A DNA stretch of 64,000 nt from Octopus sinensis (Eukaryota). The notes under the pieces were generated by a model, which did not search any database, was not told the DNA's origin, and worked only from the letters and a program-made list of their open reading frames with translations. The stretch spans positions 27,838,001 to 27,902,000 of the forward strand of contig NC_043010.1 in assembly GCF_006345805.1 (NCBI RefSeq), written 5' to 3'. Below, in pieces: positions 1-12,590 of the stretch; position 1 is the first letter of the stretch, and every line of letters starts with the position of its first letter. The translations under genes were made by a program, and so were the position numbers.

Positions 1-55
1 AGAAACGACCGGCGGGCAGAATTTCTGGTAGTCATTACGATAAGGTTAACATATC

Positions 56-331
<276 letters not shown>

Positions 332-375
332 CTCAACTTGTTTGTCTGTGTGTGTATCTGTGTGTGTGTGTGTGT

Positions 376-919
376 TTAACTTCCCGGCACATCTCCTAGC
401 CAACAAATCGTAGAACCACAAAAAATGGGTCACTTAAAGTTTAGACGAATGAAAATTGAATTGCGCTATTTCTGTTCCGAAATACATCTCGCAAGTGCAA
501 AAATCGATAATGTGTTTGTTTAGGCCTTATCCCATGCATTGAATAGTGAACTTTACTCAATCAGCTGTTTGACGTGAACTGTGTTCACCACGAGTGCAAG
601 CATGTGTAAATTGCATGAAAAATAAAAAATCAAGATATAAAAACGAATCGCCGTAAACATTGTAGAAATTCGGCAAAGAAATGAATTTTTGGAATGTAGC
701 CTGGAGGGCTTTTTCGTATTAATCGTTTGGACTTTGTGAACACATACCAATCGCTTTCATAACATTTTTAACGCTTTGAATTAAATGTGACCATTTTGCG
801 TTGAGTCTGCGGTTTGAATCACTTTCACCAAATTTTAGCAGGCCGGATTTTTGATCATCACGATACATTGCCAGCGACTCCCTGAAACTCTCCCCTGAAA
901 TCCCCGTTGAGAAATACTG
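376..919. mobile_element. Degraded hAT-like DNA transposon end (single TIR seen)
   Basis: gttgagaaatactg at 906-919 is the reverse complement of CAGTATTTCTCAAC, a hAT/Charlie-type TIR. No partner TIR or recognisable ORF; left boundary uncertain. Confidence 0.3.
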
Positions 920-1150
920 ATCTAAAAGAATAATTCAACAATGCAATTATTTGATCAACAAAAATTTATGAAACGCTTCTACGTACTTCCTATTGAGGAA
1001 ATGGAACACATAAGCGCAAAAATAGAGGGCATTAAATGCTTGATTTTAAAACCAAAATAATTGAATTTTGATTGAACTTCATCCAAGTTTAGCTTAATTC
1101 GCGCGTGCATAGAACGCACGAGTTGGGCAATACTGCTAGTATATATATAT

Positions 1151-1849
1151 TTAAAAATAAGGATAAAATCTTTATAAGAAATTATCAGTAGTTAGCGTGA
1201 AAAACCTCGTAAGAGAAAAAATGTGTAAATTTTTCCACTTTGAAAATATTTATTTATATTATATAGAGGGTACTATTATTCATATGTACCGCACGCTAGG
1301 AGGGACCTTTGCAGTCAAAACTACTAAAATAAACAAATTTTACCGAATGCAAAACTTCAAAGCAAGTCATTTAAAAACAGAATTTAGTTACATATCACCT
1401 GTGATTTCGCAATCAATGCAGAATATGCATTCTATGCTCTTCAGTGCAACGAACTCAAGACATGTAAGAAAAAACACAAGATAGCATACCCGACAGCCAA
1501 CCGTAGAATTCGTCGTAGCATGTACGGATGTTTATCTTTACATATCTATGAAAATGGCGGGCTTATTCGCAATGCATTTCGGTAACAATTTGTCTATTCG
1601 GAACAAAAATTCAGTATTGAACTATTCCGGTGAAAAATATAAATTTAAAATTAAGGATAAAATCTTTATAAGAAATTATCAGTAGAGCATAGAATGCATA
1701 TTCTGCATTGATTGCGAAATCACAGGTGATATGTAACTAAATTCTGTTTTTAAATGACTTGCTTTGAAGTTTTGCATTCGGTAAAATTTGTTTATTTTGA
1801 CTGCAAAGGTCCCTCCTAGCGTGCGGTACCTATGAATAATAGTACCCTC

Positions 1850-1860
<11 letters not shown>
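1151..1860. repeat. Foldback element: inverted duplication 1255-1440 / 1684-1860 plus 34-bp direct repeat
   Basis: 1684-1860 is the reverse complement of 1255-1440 (one substitution, one 9-bp indel). taaggataaaatctttataagaaattatcagtag occurs at 1158-1191 and 1652-1685. Flanked by TA tracts. Confidence 0.9.
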
Positions 1861-1931
<71 letters not shown>

Positions 1932-1956
1932 GTATGTATATATATATATTTATATT

Positions 1957-2001
<45 letters not shown>

Positions 2002-2039
2002 ATGCATGTTTGTATGTATGTATGCATATATATATATAG

Positions 2040-2400
2040 CATACGTTGGTTGATGTCGGACGGATGAGAGAGGAGTGCTTGAAACAGAAGGGAAAAGTTT
2101 TTCTCACGCCTCGATCTTCCCGCCACTGGGATCTTCAGGCGAGAATGCAGTGGTGTAAAACTCGAAGCACGAGACAATCTTTCATTTTCAGTTTCAATAG
2201 AAAGAATTCATATCTTCTACAACGTGTATTGAGCACTACTCTCTTTTTCCTTCGTTCGACATAATTATTTATTTGCTGTTCTATTCTACAACAACTCGCT
2301 CATCTCACCTTTCTTTCTCTTCCTCATTCCCAGATAAAGGAGCAACAGTCCGAAACGTCAAACCTTTATTACTTCCCTTTGGATCTCTTTCATCAACTCT
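2040..2400 (+). mobile_element. Probable degraded Penelope-like 3' fragment with decayed hammerhead
   Basis: cAGATAAaggagcaacagtccGAAACGTC at 2331-2359 resembles a hammerhead with a mutated core (gga/tcc stem II, ACGT palindrome, GTC site). Upstream sequence only weakly resembles a PLE C-terminus. Confidence 0.35.
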
Positions 2401-2532
2401 CCTATAATTAAAATGTCTAATAATATTGCTATATTATTTCACTCCGAGTATTATCAATGGAGTCTAATGCCAAAATATCTCGAGGAAGTTAAACAAACAA
2501 AATATGAAATAAAAACAGAATTATTTGTTTCA

Positions 2533-2593
2533 GGCACCAAAGGTAAAACTTGGCACCAAAGGTAAAACTTGGCACCAAAGGTAAAACTTGGCA
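2533..2593. repeat. Perfect 19-bp tandem repeat x3.2 (ggcaccaaaggtaaaactt)
   Basis: Directly visible. Confidence 0.95.
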
Positions 2594-2836
2594 TAATTAA
2601 CAGTGATCATGTTATCGATCTCGGACACAAATAAACAAAATTTATATTCAACTCTGACCAGATTTGGGTTAAGATGCAGTTTAGAGCTTACAAAAATGAG
2701 AGCAAATTGACCGGAAGTGACGGCAGTAAAATCCGATAACTTCAAGTAAACAATCTAAGAATGAATCAACAAGAACAACAACACCACTTTTCATCGCCTT
2801 TTCTCTACAATAATCATGCAGTATTACCGTATTGTT

Positions 2837-3150
2837 GTGGGGGCACAATGGCCCAGTGGTTAGGGCAGCGGACTCGCGGTCGGAGGATTGCGGTTTCGAT
2901 TCCCAGACCGGGCGTTGTGTGTGTTTATTGAGCGAAAACACCTAAAAGCTCCATGAGGCTCCGGTAGTAGGTAGTGGCGACCCCTGTTGTACTCTTTCGT
3001 CACAACTTTCTCTCACTCCCTCTTCCTGTTTCTTGAGTAACGCTGAGATGGACTGGCGTCCCGTCCAGCTGGGGGGAACACATACGCCACAGAAACCGGG
3101 AGACCGGGCCCATGAGCCTGGCTAGGCTTGAAAAGGGCGACGTTTATCGT
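2837..3150 (+). mobile_element. tRNA-derived SINE (head type 1, short tail)
   Basis: A-box tggcccagtggtt and B-box ggtttcgattccc. Tail gggcccatgagcctggctaggcttgaaaaggg is shared with copies at 12350 and 37288. Confidence 0.85.
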
Positions 3151-4240
3151 TTATTATCGTATTGTTCATGTGTAACTGTGTTGGCTAGCATTCGTCGGCA
3201 TACAAGCCACTGAATTGCTTTCTCAGTCGTGTCCTTCGTTGCTCAGTTTTGTACATTGGAATGTTGTGCATCAGCTGCTATTTCTAAAATACTTAAGATA
3301 TCAATAGAAGCTACTATACAAGTAGGTATCCGTGGACGTAGCAATAATGAGTGAGTTCTGTTAATAAAATTAAGAGATTAAGTTAGTTCTCTTTGCATTA
3401 TCTTTATGAAATTATGGGGATGTCAATGTCGACACTTCCGGTCAATATTATTTCATTTATTTTTAAACCTCTAAACATGTTAATCCAGATTTGAACTGCA
3501 ATCTAGGAGGCAGAGGCATCAAACTGAAATACTGTATAACATCTCTGTCGTCTGCTCCGTGTCAGTTGTTCATAAGTGATTTTTGTAATACATGAAAAGA
3601 TGTCAAGAGATTGCTAATCCAAATAAAAGGATTTATCTATGATCTCAGTGTGTTTGTGATGTTTTCTCTACGTCTTTATGTCGGCAACAATTGGTTTCCA
3701 ATCCAACAAGAGTTATTTTCATTCTTTATTTGTGGAGTATTTATCCAGTTTATGAAAATTATTGGTTATGTAAACACTTACTTTCGGATACTGTATTAGC
3801 TTTAAATCTTACCGTTGGAAAATCAATCCCAATTACTAATCATAATTCCGTTGCTGTTCTAATTATTGATCTATTATCTTTCGTATCATCGTAGTTCACA
3901 ATAACATGATAGAACTTCTCATACGAATTAAATGAAATCAATAGAAAATTAATTTTATATCCTCGAAAAAATAATTGCATCGAAGTAAATCGAATTCACC
4001 AAGCACTTTTATACGGTAAATTAATTATTGTTCGGCTTCTGAATTTGTTCTATGTTGAGCGTATGAGAGCGGAAAACTCGACGTGGTCGCTAGATGTATG
4101 AGAAATAGCAACCACTTCGCTCTCAAATCGAATCCCTAACGTCTAAAAACGGAATGAGGCAGTAGATAATGTGACGGGGATACACAATGTCTGCAGAAAA
4201 AAATGAAGAAAAAAGAGAGAGAGAGAGAGATAGCGAATGA

Positions 4241-4277
<37 letters not shown>

Positions 4278-4364
4278 GGTTGTCTTTAATGGTATAGAAT
4301 ACTTTTGAGATCGAAAATCGGTTCACTGTAAGTTGACTTTATAGCAACTACTACAAAAACAACA

Positions 4365-4411
<47 letters not shown>

Positions 4412-4816
4412 CACTACCACTACCACACACAGTATGTGTATATATATATATATATATATATAAAAAAGTTGAGTTGTGGGGTATCGCACGAGTGGGATTA
4501 TATAAGAAAAAAGGTTTGAAAATGCAATTTAAACGATGTTTATTTACTTAACCGGTTTCACTCTTTGGTAAAAGATTGTCAAAAGTAACATTAAAAGTAT
4601 CATTGAATAATATGGGTTCAAAAAAGTTTTTTACATAATTGTCACATTGAATATTATGCATTCAAAAAAGTTTTTTGCATAATTGTCACATTGGATATTA
4701 TGAATTCAAAAATGTTTTTTTATACAAAATTGTCACATACATGTATAAATATAGTGTTTGGTAACAGAGAAGTTCAATAGTGTGATGAGAATATTTGGAA
4801 AAATTGGCAGAAAAGG

Positions 4817-5877
4817 AAACGCTACTTAGATGATTGCCTCATCCTATGGTCCCACACACTCGACCAACTTATAGACTTCAAAAACCTTATCAACAGTGTA
4901 AATAACAACATTCAATTCACAATGGAATATAGTCAGGATAAAATCCCTTTTCTTGACATCCTAATCATTAAAAAAGGCGTCAACATTGAAACTGACATCC
5001 ATTACAAACCCACTGACTCTAAACAATACCTTCTATTCACCTCCAATCACCCAAAACACACAAAGACAAATATCCCCTTCAACCTAGCGAGAAGAATCTG
5101 CACTATTGTCTCAAATGACACAACACGAAATAGAAGACTCCGGGAACTAAGGGCAATTCTTCTCGAAAGACATTACCCGGCATCACTAGTAGACAACGGA
5201 ATAGAACGGGCCAAATCAATCAACATTCAAGACCTACGAAAACCCAAACACATCCACAGTACAGTAAATAGCCTCCCCTATCTCTCAACACACAACCCAA
5301 GGATGCAGAAGCTTACACTATTATATACAACAACATTCCACAACTAAATCAAGACCCACGCCTGAAAAAAATACTGGCAGCTCATAAAATAATAACAAGT
5401 AAGAGACAACCTAAATCCCTAAAAAACCTCCTCACCAACGCAAAATTACACAACACAAACCCACCGCCCACCATCAAAAAATGTGGTCGCCCCAACTGCA
5501 AGACCTGCATCCACCTCATTGAGGGATCGTCGTACAAGTTCCACTCGGGACACACATTCATCATAAAAAATAATTTCACGTGCGCATCAAAAAATTTACT
5601 CTACGTCATAAGGTGTGAAGGATGCCACGAAGACTACATAGGGCAAACGAGCCTTACTCTCAGAGAAAGAATGACAGTTCACCGACAACAACAGAGGGAC
5701 CCCTCCACAAGACAGATACCACTAAGTGGACACTTAGACCTTTGTGCACACAATAAGTCCCCCAAATTCTTAGTCTTCCCACTATACCAATGCTCGGACA
5801 ACACCACAGACCAAACACGAATAAATAAGGAAAGTAATCTTATTCAAAAATACAGACCACAACTAAACATACTCTAA
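4817..5877 (+). pseudogene. Penelope RT C-terminus plus GIY-YIG endonuclease (one frameshift near 5300)
   Basis: KRYLDDCLILW, IPFLDILI, HYKPTDSKQYL, HPKHTKTNIPFNLARRICTIVS, CGRPNCKTC and LLYVIRCEGCHEDYIGQT are typical Penelope RT-thumb and GIY-YIG motifs. Confidence 0.93.
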
Positions 5878-6019
5878 CATACCCCCTGGAAACACATCCA
5901 GAGCAAGCACACAGGGACACGCGCACACTCACAGCATATCGTGCGGGCGGGCACATGCACGCATCGGCACGCATAGGACACACTAGCGGGCATTGACCGC
6001 ACACATACGTGGCATACAC

Positions 6020-6288
6020 ACGCATGCATTATATATATGTAGGTTATGTATGTGTGTGAGTGTTGTGTGTGTGTGTGTGTGTGCACGTTGTGTGTGTGTG
6101 TGTGTGTGCGCGTGTGTATATATATGTGTGTGTGTGCACTGTGTGCGTGTGTGCGCGCGTTGTGTGTGTGTGTGTGTGCACGTGTGTATATATGTGTGTG
6201 TGTGTGTGCACTGTGTGCGTGTGTGTGTGTATGTGTGTGTGTGTGTGTGTGAGCATTGTATACGTGTGTATGTATTTACATGTGTATT

Positions 6289-6327
<39 letters not shown>

Positions 6328-7348
6328 AGTGTTGTGTGTGTATATGCATGGTATGTATGTATATGTGAGTACATTGTTTGTGTGTGTGTGCGGTATGTAG
6401 AGATATATTTGAGTGTGTACGCTATAGGTTTGTAATTTGTGTGTGTGGGTGTGTGTGTGAATTTTTTATATATATATGTATGTGTATGTGTGTGAAAAAA
6501 TATATGTATGTGCATGTATGTATGTATGTATATGTATATATATATATATATATGTATGTATATATATATGTGTATGTATATGTGTGTGTGTATATTTATT
6601 TGCATGTTTATGCGTGTATAAACATGTGCATTATTTGCATGCGCATTGTGTATATGTATATTGTATGTATGTGTATTGTATATGTATGTGTACAATTAAG
6701 AGTATATGTGTGTGTGTATGTGTGCATTATATATATGTATATTGTAGGTGTGCCATATGTGCATGAATACATGTATATGCATTGCGTGTATATATATGTA
6801 TGCATTGTGTATGTATGTTATATGTGTGTGTGTTTATATATATTATATGTATGCGTACGTGTATGTGTATGCATTGTATGTATGTATATTGTGTGTATAT
6901 GTGGTATATCTATGTATGTGTATGTAAACACTATTTATATGTATGCATGTATATATGTATATGCATTGTCTATATATATATATATATTATATGTATGTAT
7001 TGCGTACGTATATTGCATGCATATATTGTGTATGTGTATTATATACATGCTGTATTTGTATATTGTATGTGTATATATATGCTAGGTGTATTTGTGTGAT
7101 ATTTATATTATGTATGGATGTGTGCGTGTGTTGTGTGTGTGTGTGTGTGTGTGTGTGTTGTGTGTCTATGTATGTTATATATATATGTGTGTGTATATTA
7201 TATATAAATACATGTTATATTTGTGTGGTTGTGTGTATATATTATATATGTGGGTGCGTTGTGTGTGTGTGTGGTGTTCTGTGTGTGTGTGTGTGTGTTT
7301 GTGTATGTGGTGTGTGTTTGTATACTATTGTGTGTGTGTGTGTGTTGT

Positions 7349-7380
<32 letters not shown>

Positions 7381-7385
7381 TGTGT
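6020..7385. repeat. Long degenerate (TG)/(TA) compound microsatellite inside the Penelope 3' region
   Basis: Directly visible; source of many spurious CVYI-type ORFs. Confidence 0.95.
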
Positions 7386-7932
7386 GACAAACAGACGCTG
7401 CTTGACCAGCAGGCATACTAACCTCCTGATAACCCCAAAACCATTGATGCTTGAAGGGGAGTATACACCACACTGGGTACAACCTTTTTTCTCTCAATTC
7501 AACCTTTCTGCTAAAATAAACAGTTAGTAACAACACATTCTCGCCTTCAACTTAAATATTCTGAGATGTAAAAAAATCCATTTTAATTTTTGCTGTCAAA
7601 AGATTGTATATATATACCAAAGGCTGTATATATATACATGTAATGTGACAATTTGCGACAACCAATAATTAACGCAACCAAATTTCCAATAATATATTTG
7701 TTTTATCCTTTTCTGCCCAATTTTTCCAAATATTCTCATCACACTATTGAACTTCTCTGTTACCAACACTATATTTATACATAATGTGACAATTTTGTAT
7801 AAAAAAACATTTTTGAATTCATAATATCCAATGTGACAATTTGTAAAAAACTTTTTTGAATGCATAATATTCAATGTGACAATTATGTAAAAAACTTTTT
7901 TGAACCCATATTATTCAATGATACTTTTAATG

Positions 7933-7977
7933 TTACTTTTGACAATCTTTTACCAAAGAGTGAAACCGGTTAAGTAA
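7933..7977 (+). ncRNA. Minimal type-I hammerhead motif, U3-A8 core variant
   Basis: Stem I ttactt/aagtaa, core TTGACAA, stem II tcttt/aaaga with a gt bulge, GAAA, palindromic ACCGGT stem III, GUU site. An identical copy lies on the minus strand at 4544-4588. Confidence 0.6.
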
Positions 7978-8016
7978 ATAAACATCGTTTAAATTGCATT
8001 TTCAAACCTTTTTTCT

Positions 8017-8057
<41 letters not shown>

Positions 8058-8459
8058 AACAGGACAATGCCCTAACCTTTAAAACGAGGCCATTCAACTG
8101 CTTGGGCGATGATAAAACGATAGATAAGTGCAATGTAATAGAGATAAGAAAAAGTTAAGAAAGAAAGACAAGGAAAGTAGAAAAAATGGTGAATATTTTT
8201 TGGCAGCGAATATGGAGTAACCCTCTGCCTTTCGTTGTGATCTACTCAAGGCAATAACTGAATGACTTGATTTCTTACGATATGAACAGCGAGAGGAAAT
8301 AATCCAACACTGGTCCGAAATGTGGTTAATTGGAGCTGCCTTACAAAACGCCCACATCTTTTTTTTTTTCGATATTAATTAATATGGTGGTCAAAATTAT
8401 AAAGAAGGAATTGGAGGCAATGCTAATCCTCATGTTTTAAGAATTTGTATCTATTTTAT

Positions 8460-8679
8460 TTTATATCTTTTACTTATTTCAGTCATTAGACGACGGCCAT
8501 GCTGGGGCACCGCCTCGAAGAATTTTAGTCCAACGAATTGATCCCAGTACATATTTATCTATCTTCTTATTTATTTGTAAAGCCTGGTACTTATTCTATC
8601 GGCCGCTTTTGCCGAACCGCTAACTTGCAGGTACGTAAAGACATCAACACCGGTTGTTAAGCGTTGTGAGAGACAATAA

Positions 8680-8723
<44 letters not shown>

Positions 8724-8935
8724 AAGCTATGTACGTGTGTAGGAATTATGCATGTAAGAATGTGTGGATGGATGGATGGATGTGTGCATACGATAGGGAC
8801 AAATCGACACCAGGACTTATGTCTTGTGAGCCTAATACTTAGGCTAACGGTGTCTTTTGCCGAACCGTTAAGTTTTGGGGACGTAAACATACCAACATCG
8901 GTTGCCAAACGATGATGGGGTGACACAGACACAAA
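8460..8935 (-). mobile_element. Two 3' fragments of the abundant microsatellite-containing SINE (family B)
   Basis: ttttgccgaaccgctaa...cgtaaacataccaacatcggttg matches the reverse complement of the complete copy at 22045. Confidence 0.75.
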
Positions 8936-8986
8936 TACACACATACATACATACATACATACATACATACATACATACATACATAC

Positions 8987-9014
<28 letters not shown>

Positions 9015-9018
<4 letters not shown>

Positions 9019-9300
9019 AAATGTAACCACAAGTGAATCGTTGGCGATTTTTTTCCTCCATCTTCCTTTTCTTCTGGACTACCTTTGTCACCTGTTTCTG
9101 AAGAAGTGTTTTGCTCGAAACGTTAAACCACCTTTCTTTTCTTCCCTGAGCGTCTGCTAATGCTTTGCATGTAACACGTCCTCGCGTTGTTGTTCTTTTC
9201 TTGCTATGTTTTTTCTTCGTTAACATTCTTTTCTTTGTAGTTAGATCTAGATGATCTTCTTCTAGCATAGTGGATGTCCACTTAGTAGTCACCCTTATTA
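9015..9300 (+). mobile_element. Non-coding pseudo-LTR-like element with hammerhead motif (9094-9128)
   Basis: gttt CTGAAGA agtgttttgctc GAAA CGT T aaac. A second copy of the same family starts at 25513. Confidence 0.6.
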
Positions 9301-9307
9301 TACGTAT

Positions 9308-9389
<82 letters not shown>

Positions 9390-9687
9390 GTGTAGTGCGC
9401 GCGCGCGTACGTACGTGTGTGTGTGTATGTGTGAGTACGTATGTAGGTCTGCCCGTGTCTCTTTGTTTGGTTGCCACCGTCCCCGTCACATAATATTCCG
9501 GCAAAAGAGTGCGATAGAACAAATACCACACATTTCCTCCCATTCAAAGTAATTACTGGGTGGGGTGGGGTGATTTTTCGACTAAAACCCTTTGAGGACA
9601 TGCCCCAGCATGGCCACAGTCCATGATAAAAAAGATGGAAAATGTGCTTGTGCGTATGACATTTAAATACATGCATGCATGTATTAC

Positions 9688-9728
<41 letters not shown>

Positions 9729-10446
9729 CGTGAATGGTTATGTTTGTTTGTTTTGTTTGCGTGCTTGCGTGTTTGTGTTTTCCAAAGCTGAACAAACCAC
9801 ATTTATCGAGCAACGTTTCAAATCCAGATGACATCAAACGTGTCCTTTTCTCTTTTTTTATTTCTTTTTCGCAGTAGATTCTTTCAGCTGTCACCGACAT
9901 TGTTGATGACGCTCAAGTTGCTGCTGCTGCTGCTGCTGCTGCTGGTTAGTCATGTGAAATCATTGATTATGAATGTCATATTATTCAAAGCAATCTTTGG
10001 CACGAAACGGGTTCTTGGGTTTCTATGTATTTCCATTTTTACACTTCTGTGCGGTAGATTATCGTAGGAGAAGTTGTTAATCGAGTTTTCGAATCGAGGC
10101 AAGAACAGAAGTAATTCATTTATGAAAAAAAGAAACGTAAAGATTTACATCGAAATATGTTAACTCAATCAAATTGAGAGCTTCCATCCCTCCTCTTTGC
10201 AGATATGTTCGGAATTGTGAGCATTCTGCATCAGCAACCACAAAAAACGGTCCGGATTTATTCTTTCATTAAAGCTTGAATCGAAGCGTTTCTTCAGAAA
10301 TAAAATCCGTGTCATACGTGGCACGTTGGACAGCGGGAATTTACGCAATAGCATATCTGTTTATTTTTGGTAGTTCCTGGCAGATTCGAACATGAATGTG
10401 TTGATCGCTGTTGTCTTTTGTCATTGAAGAACATTTCCTCCCTTTA

Positions 10447-11033
10447 TACTTTTCTACTCTAGGCACAAGGCCCGACATTTTTGGGGAGTGGGGCAGTCGA
10501 TTAGATCGACCCCAGTACGCAACTGATACTTAATTTCATCCAAAAGGATGAAAGGCAAAGTTGACCTCAGCGGAATTTGAACTCAGAACATAAAGACAGA
10601 CGAAATACCTATTTCTTTACTACCCACAAGGGGGCTACACACAGAGGGGACAAACAAGGAGAGACAAACGGATTAAGTCGATTACATCGACCCCAGTGCG
10701 TAACTGTGCTTATTTAATCGAACCTGAAAGGATGAAAGGCAAAGTTGAACTCGGCGGAATTTGAACTCAGAACGTAACGGCAGATGAAATACCTATTTCT
10801 TATTTCTTTATTACCCACAAGGGGCTAAACATAGAGGAGACAAACAAGGACAGACATAGGTATTAAGTCGATTATATCGACCCCAATGCGTAACTCGTAC
10901 TTAATTTATCGACCCCGAAAGGATGAAAGGCAAAGTCGACCTCGGCGGAATTTGAACTCACGACGTAACGGCAGACGAAATACCGCTAAGCATTTCGCCC
11001 GGCGTGCTAACGTTTCTGTCAGCTCGTCACCTT
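10447..11033 (-). mobile_element. tRNA-derived SINE family C with three tandem internal modules
   Basis: Head ...agctgacagaaacgttagcacgccgggcgaaatgcttagcgg. The gtcgacctcggcggaatttgaactc module repeats three times at about 185-bp spacing. Confidence 0.85.
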
Positions 11034-11213
11034 TTTCTTCCCTTTATACGATGTGCGCTCATAACACATCCATTGATGTAAAGGAACTTTGTGACCGCGG
11101 TCAGTCGACATTTTTCTGTGTGTTCCCAGTCAGAGTTTCAACGGCTCGACGAGTCGAGCGAGAGTATCGGCTCTTGTTTATAGAAATCAGTAAATTATTT
11201 GCTGATGCACACT

Positions 11214-11341
11214 GATGTCTGCCAAAACAGATAATAATTCATGGGGGGTGCAGTCAGAAGTGTGAGAATCCAAGCAATAACTTATCTATTCCCGCTGTTC
11301 TGCTTGTACACCATGAATTTATTATCTGTTTGGCAGGCATC
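11214..11341. repeat. Imperfect 31-bp inverted repeat with 66-bp spacer
   Basis: gatgtctgccaaaacagataataattcatgg versus ccatgaatttattatctgtttggcaggcatc. Confidence 0.8.
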
Positions 11342-12349
11342 GATTCACATCCACAAATAATTTGCTGCTTTCTATAAACTTGAGCTATAACTCTTGTCGT
11401 GACGGGATAGCTTTGACTGAAGACAAACAATAAAGTCGAAAAACCTCGGCGTCTGAAATCCTCTGAAGCCGCTGAATTGCGTGTGTTCTGAATCTACAGT
11501 GTTTAAAGGGAGAAGATGTTCTTCAATGGCGAAAATCAACAGTGATCAGCATTTTCTCATTCGAATCCACCAAAATGTATTAAAAATGAATGGATATGTT
11601 ATCGTTAAAACTGAGAATTACAAGAGCTGAAGATTCTTTTAAATGATTAGTTTAATTTCTGTCTTAATGCAATTGTCAGGAAAAAGAATATTATTCGTAT
11701 TGAAATTCAGAATAATTTGAAAAAAAAAATGGTGACAAAATCGAACGCTGTTTCCCAGAATAAGGCTTAGCAATATGGCAATGGAAGAACTAACTGCCCT
11801 TCATCAGAATCCCTTTTACTTCAGAAGTGAATACTATTCCAGCAGGAAGATTTTTTTTCCATTTAATAAACAATTATTTGAAATCTCAAGCAATTAACCA
11901 TTGAAGAATTTTGCGGGTGCTTATATGGGATTTGACTGCAAACTGCTTCCGGTAATAAATCCCTGGCTCAGGTGTTACAGAGTTTGGGGGCGTGTGGAAC
12001 CACTTCTCATCCACTATTATTCCCCGGTCTACTCTGAGCCAGAGTAGAAGCACTTGTCAGGGTCCCAGCGATGGTTTACATAACATGTACCCATCCGAGA
12101 AAGGGTAAATTAAAATCATGGGATGCAGCTGGGTGGATGTGAACTATTTTGGTAAATGAAGCGGGATGAACAGATCACAAATTATCAACCACCAGGATCA
12201 ACCATTTCAGTTAGTGAACTTCTGCTTTAATCTGTAGTTGAGACATGCGCAGATGAGATATTTCAGCTAGCGAATGTAACTAAACCTGAGCCAGACGTTC
12301 ATGCCGAATCACTCGATCGGAAAAGTTGCATTAAAAAAAATAAATGTTC

Positions 12350-12590
12350 CTTCTCGAGCCATGCCAGGCTCATAAGGGCCGGTTTTCTGGTTTCAGTGGC
12401 GTAGAAATTCTCCACCTGGACGGAACGCCGGTCCGTAACAGGATTACTCATTTTTGCCAGCTGAGTGGATTGGAGTAACGTGAAATGAAGTTTTGCTCAA
12501 GAATACAACGCGTCTCCCGGTCCAGGAATCAAAACCACAATCTTACGATCATGGTGCTGACAACCTAATCACTAAGCCACGCGCTTCCAC
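12350..12590 (-). mobile_element. tRNA-derived SINE (head type 2, CORE/Nin-like centre, short tail)
   Basis: Reverse complement of ggaagcgcgtggcttagtgattagg...ttgagcaaaacttcatttcacgttactccaatccactcagctggcaaaaatgagt. Confidence 0.85.

Larger units (their letters stand above)
4499..8022 (+). mobile_element. 5'-truncated Penelope-like element with inverted terminal (pseudo-LTR) repeat
   Basis: RT/GIY-YIG coding region at 4817-5877. 4499-4817 is an inverted copy of 7706-8022 with few differences. The right end runs into (TA)n. Confidence 0.85.

Noticed and set aside
5993-7536. Many overlapping [12 protein letters not shown] ORFs (also at 27-32 kb, 49 kb, 56-59 kb, 63 kb)
   Set aside because: Pure translations of dinucleotide and tetranucleotide microsatellites.
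8681-9802. 373-aa ORF on the minus strand
   Set aside because: Runs through (CA)n, (TA)n and (CATA)n tracts and SINE fragments; the length arises because these repeats lack stops.
11417-11445. CTGAAGA...gtcGAAA motif
   Set aside because: No stem III, NUH site or stem I pairing.
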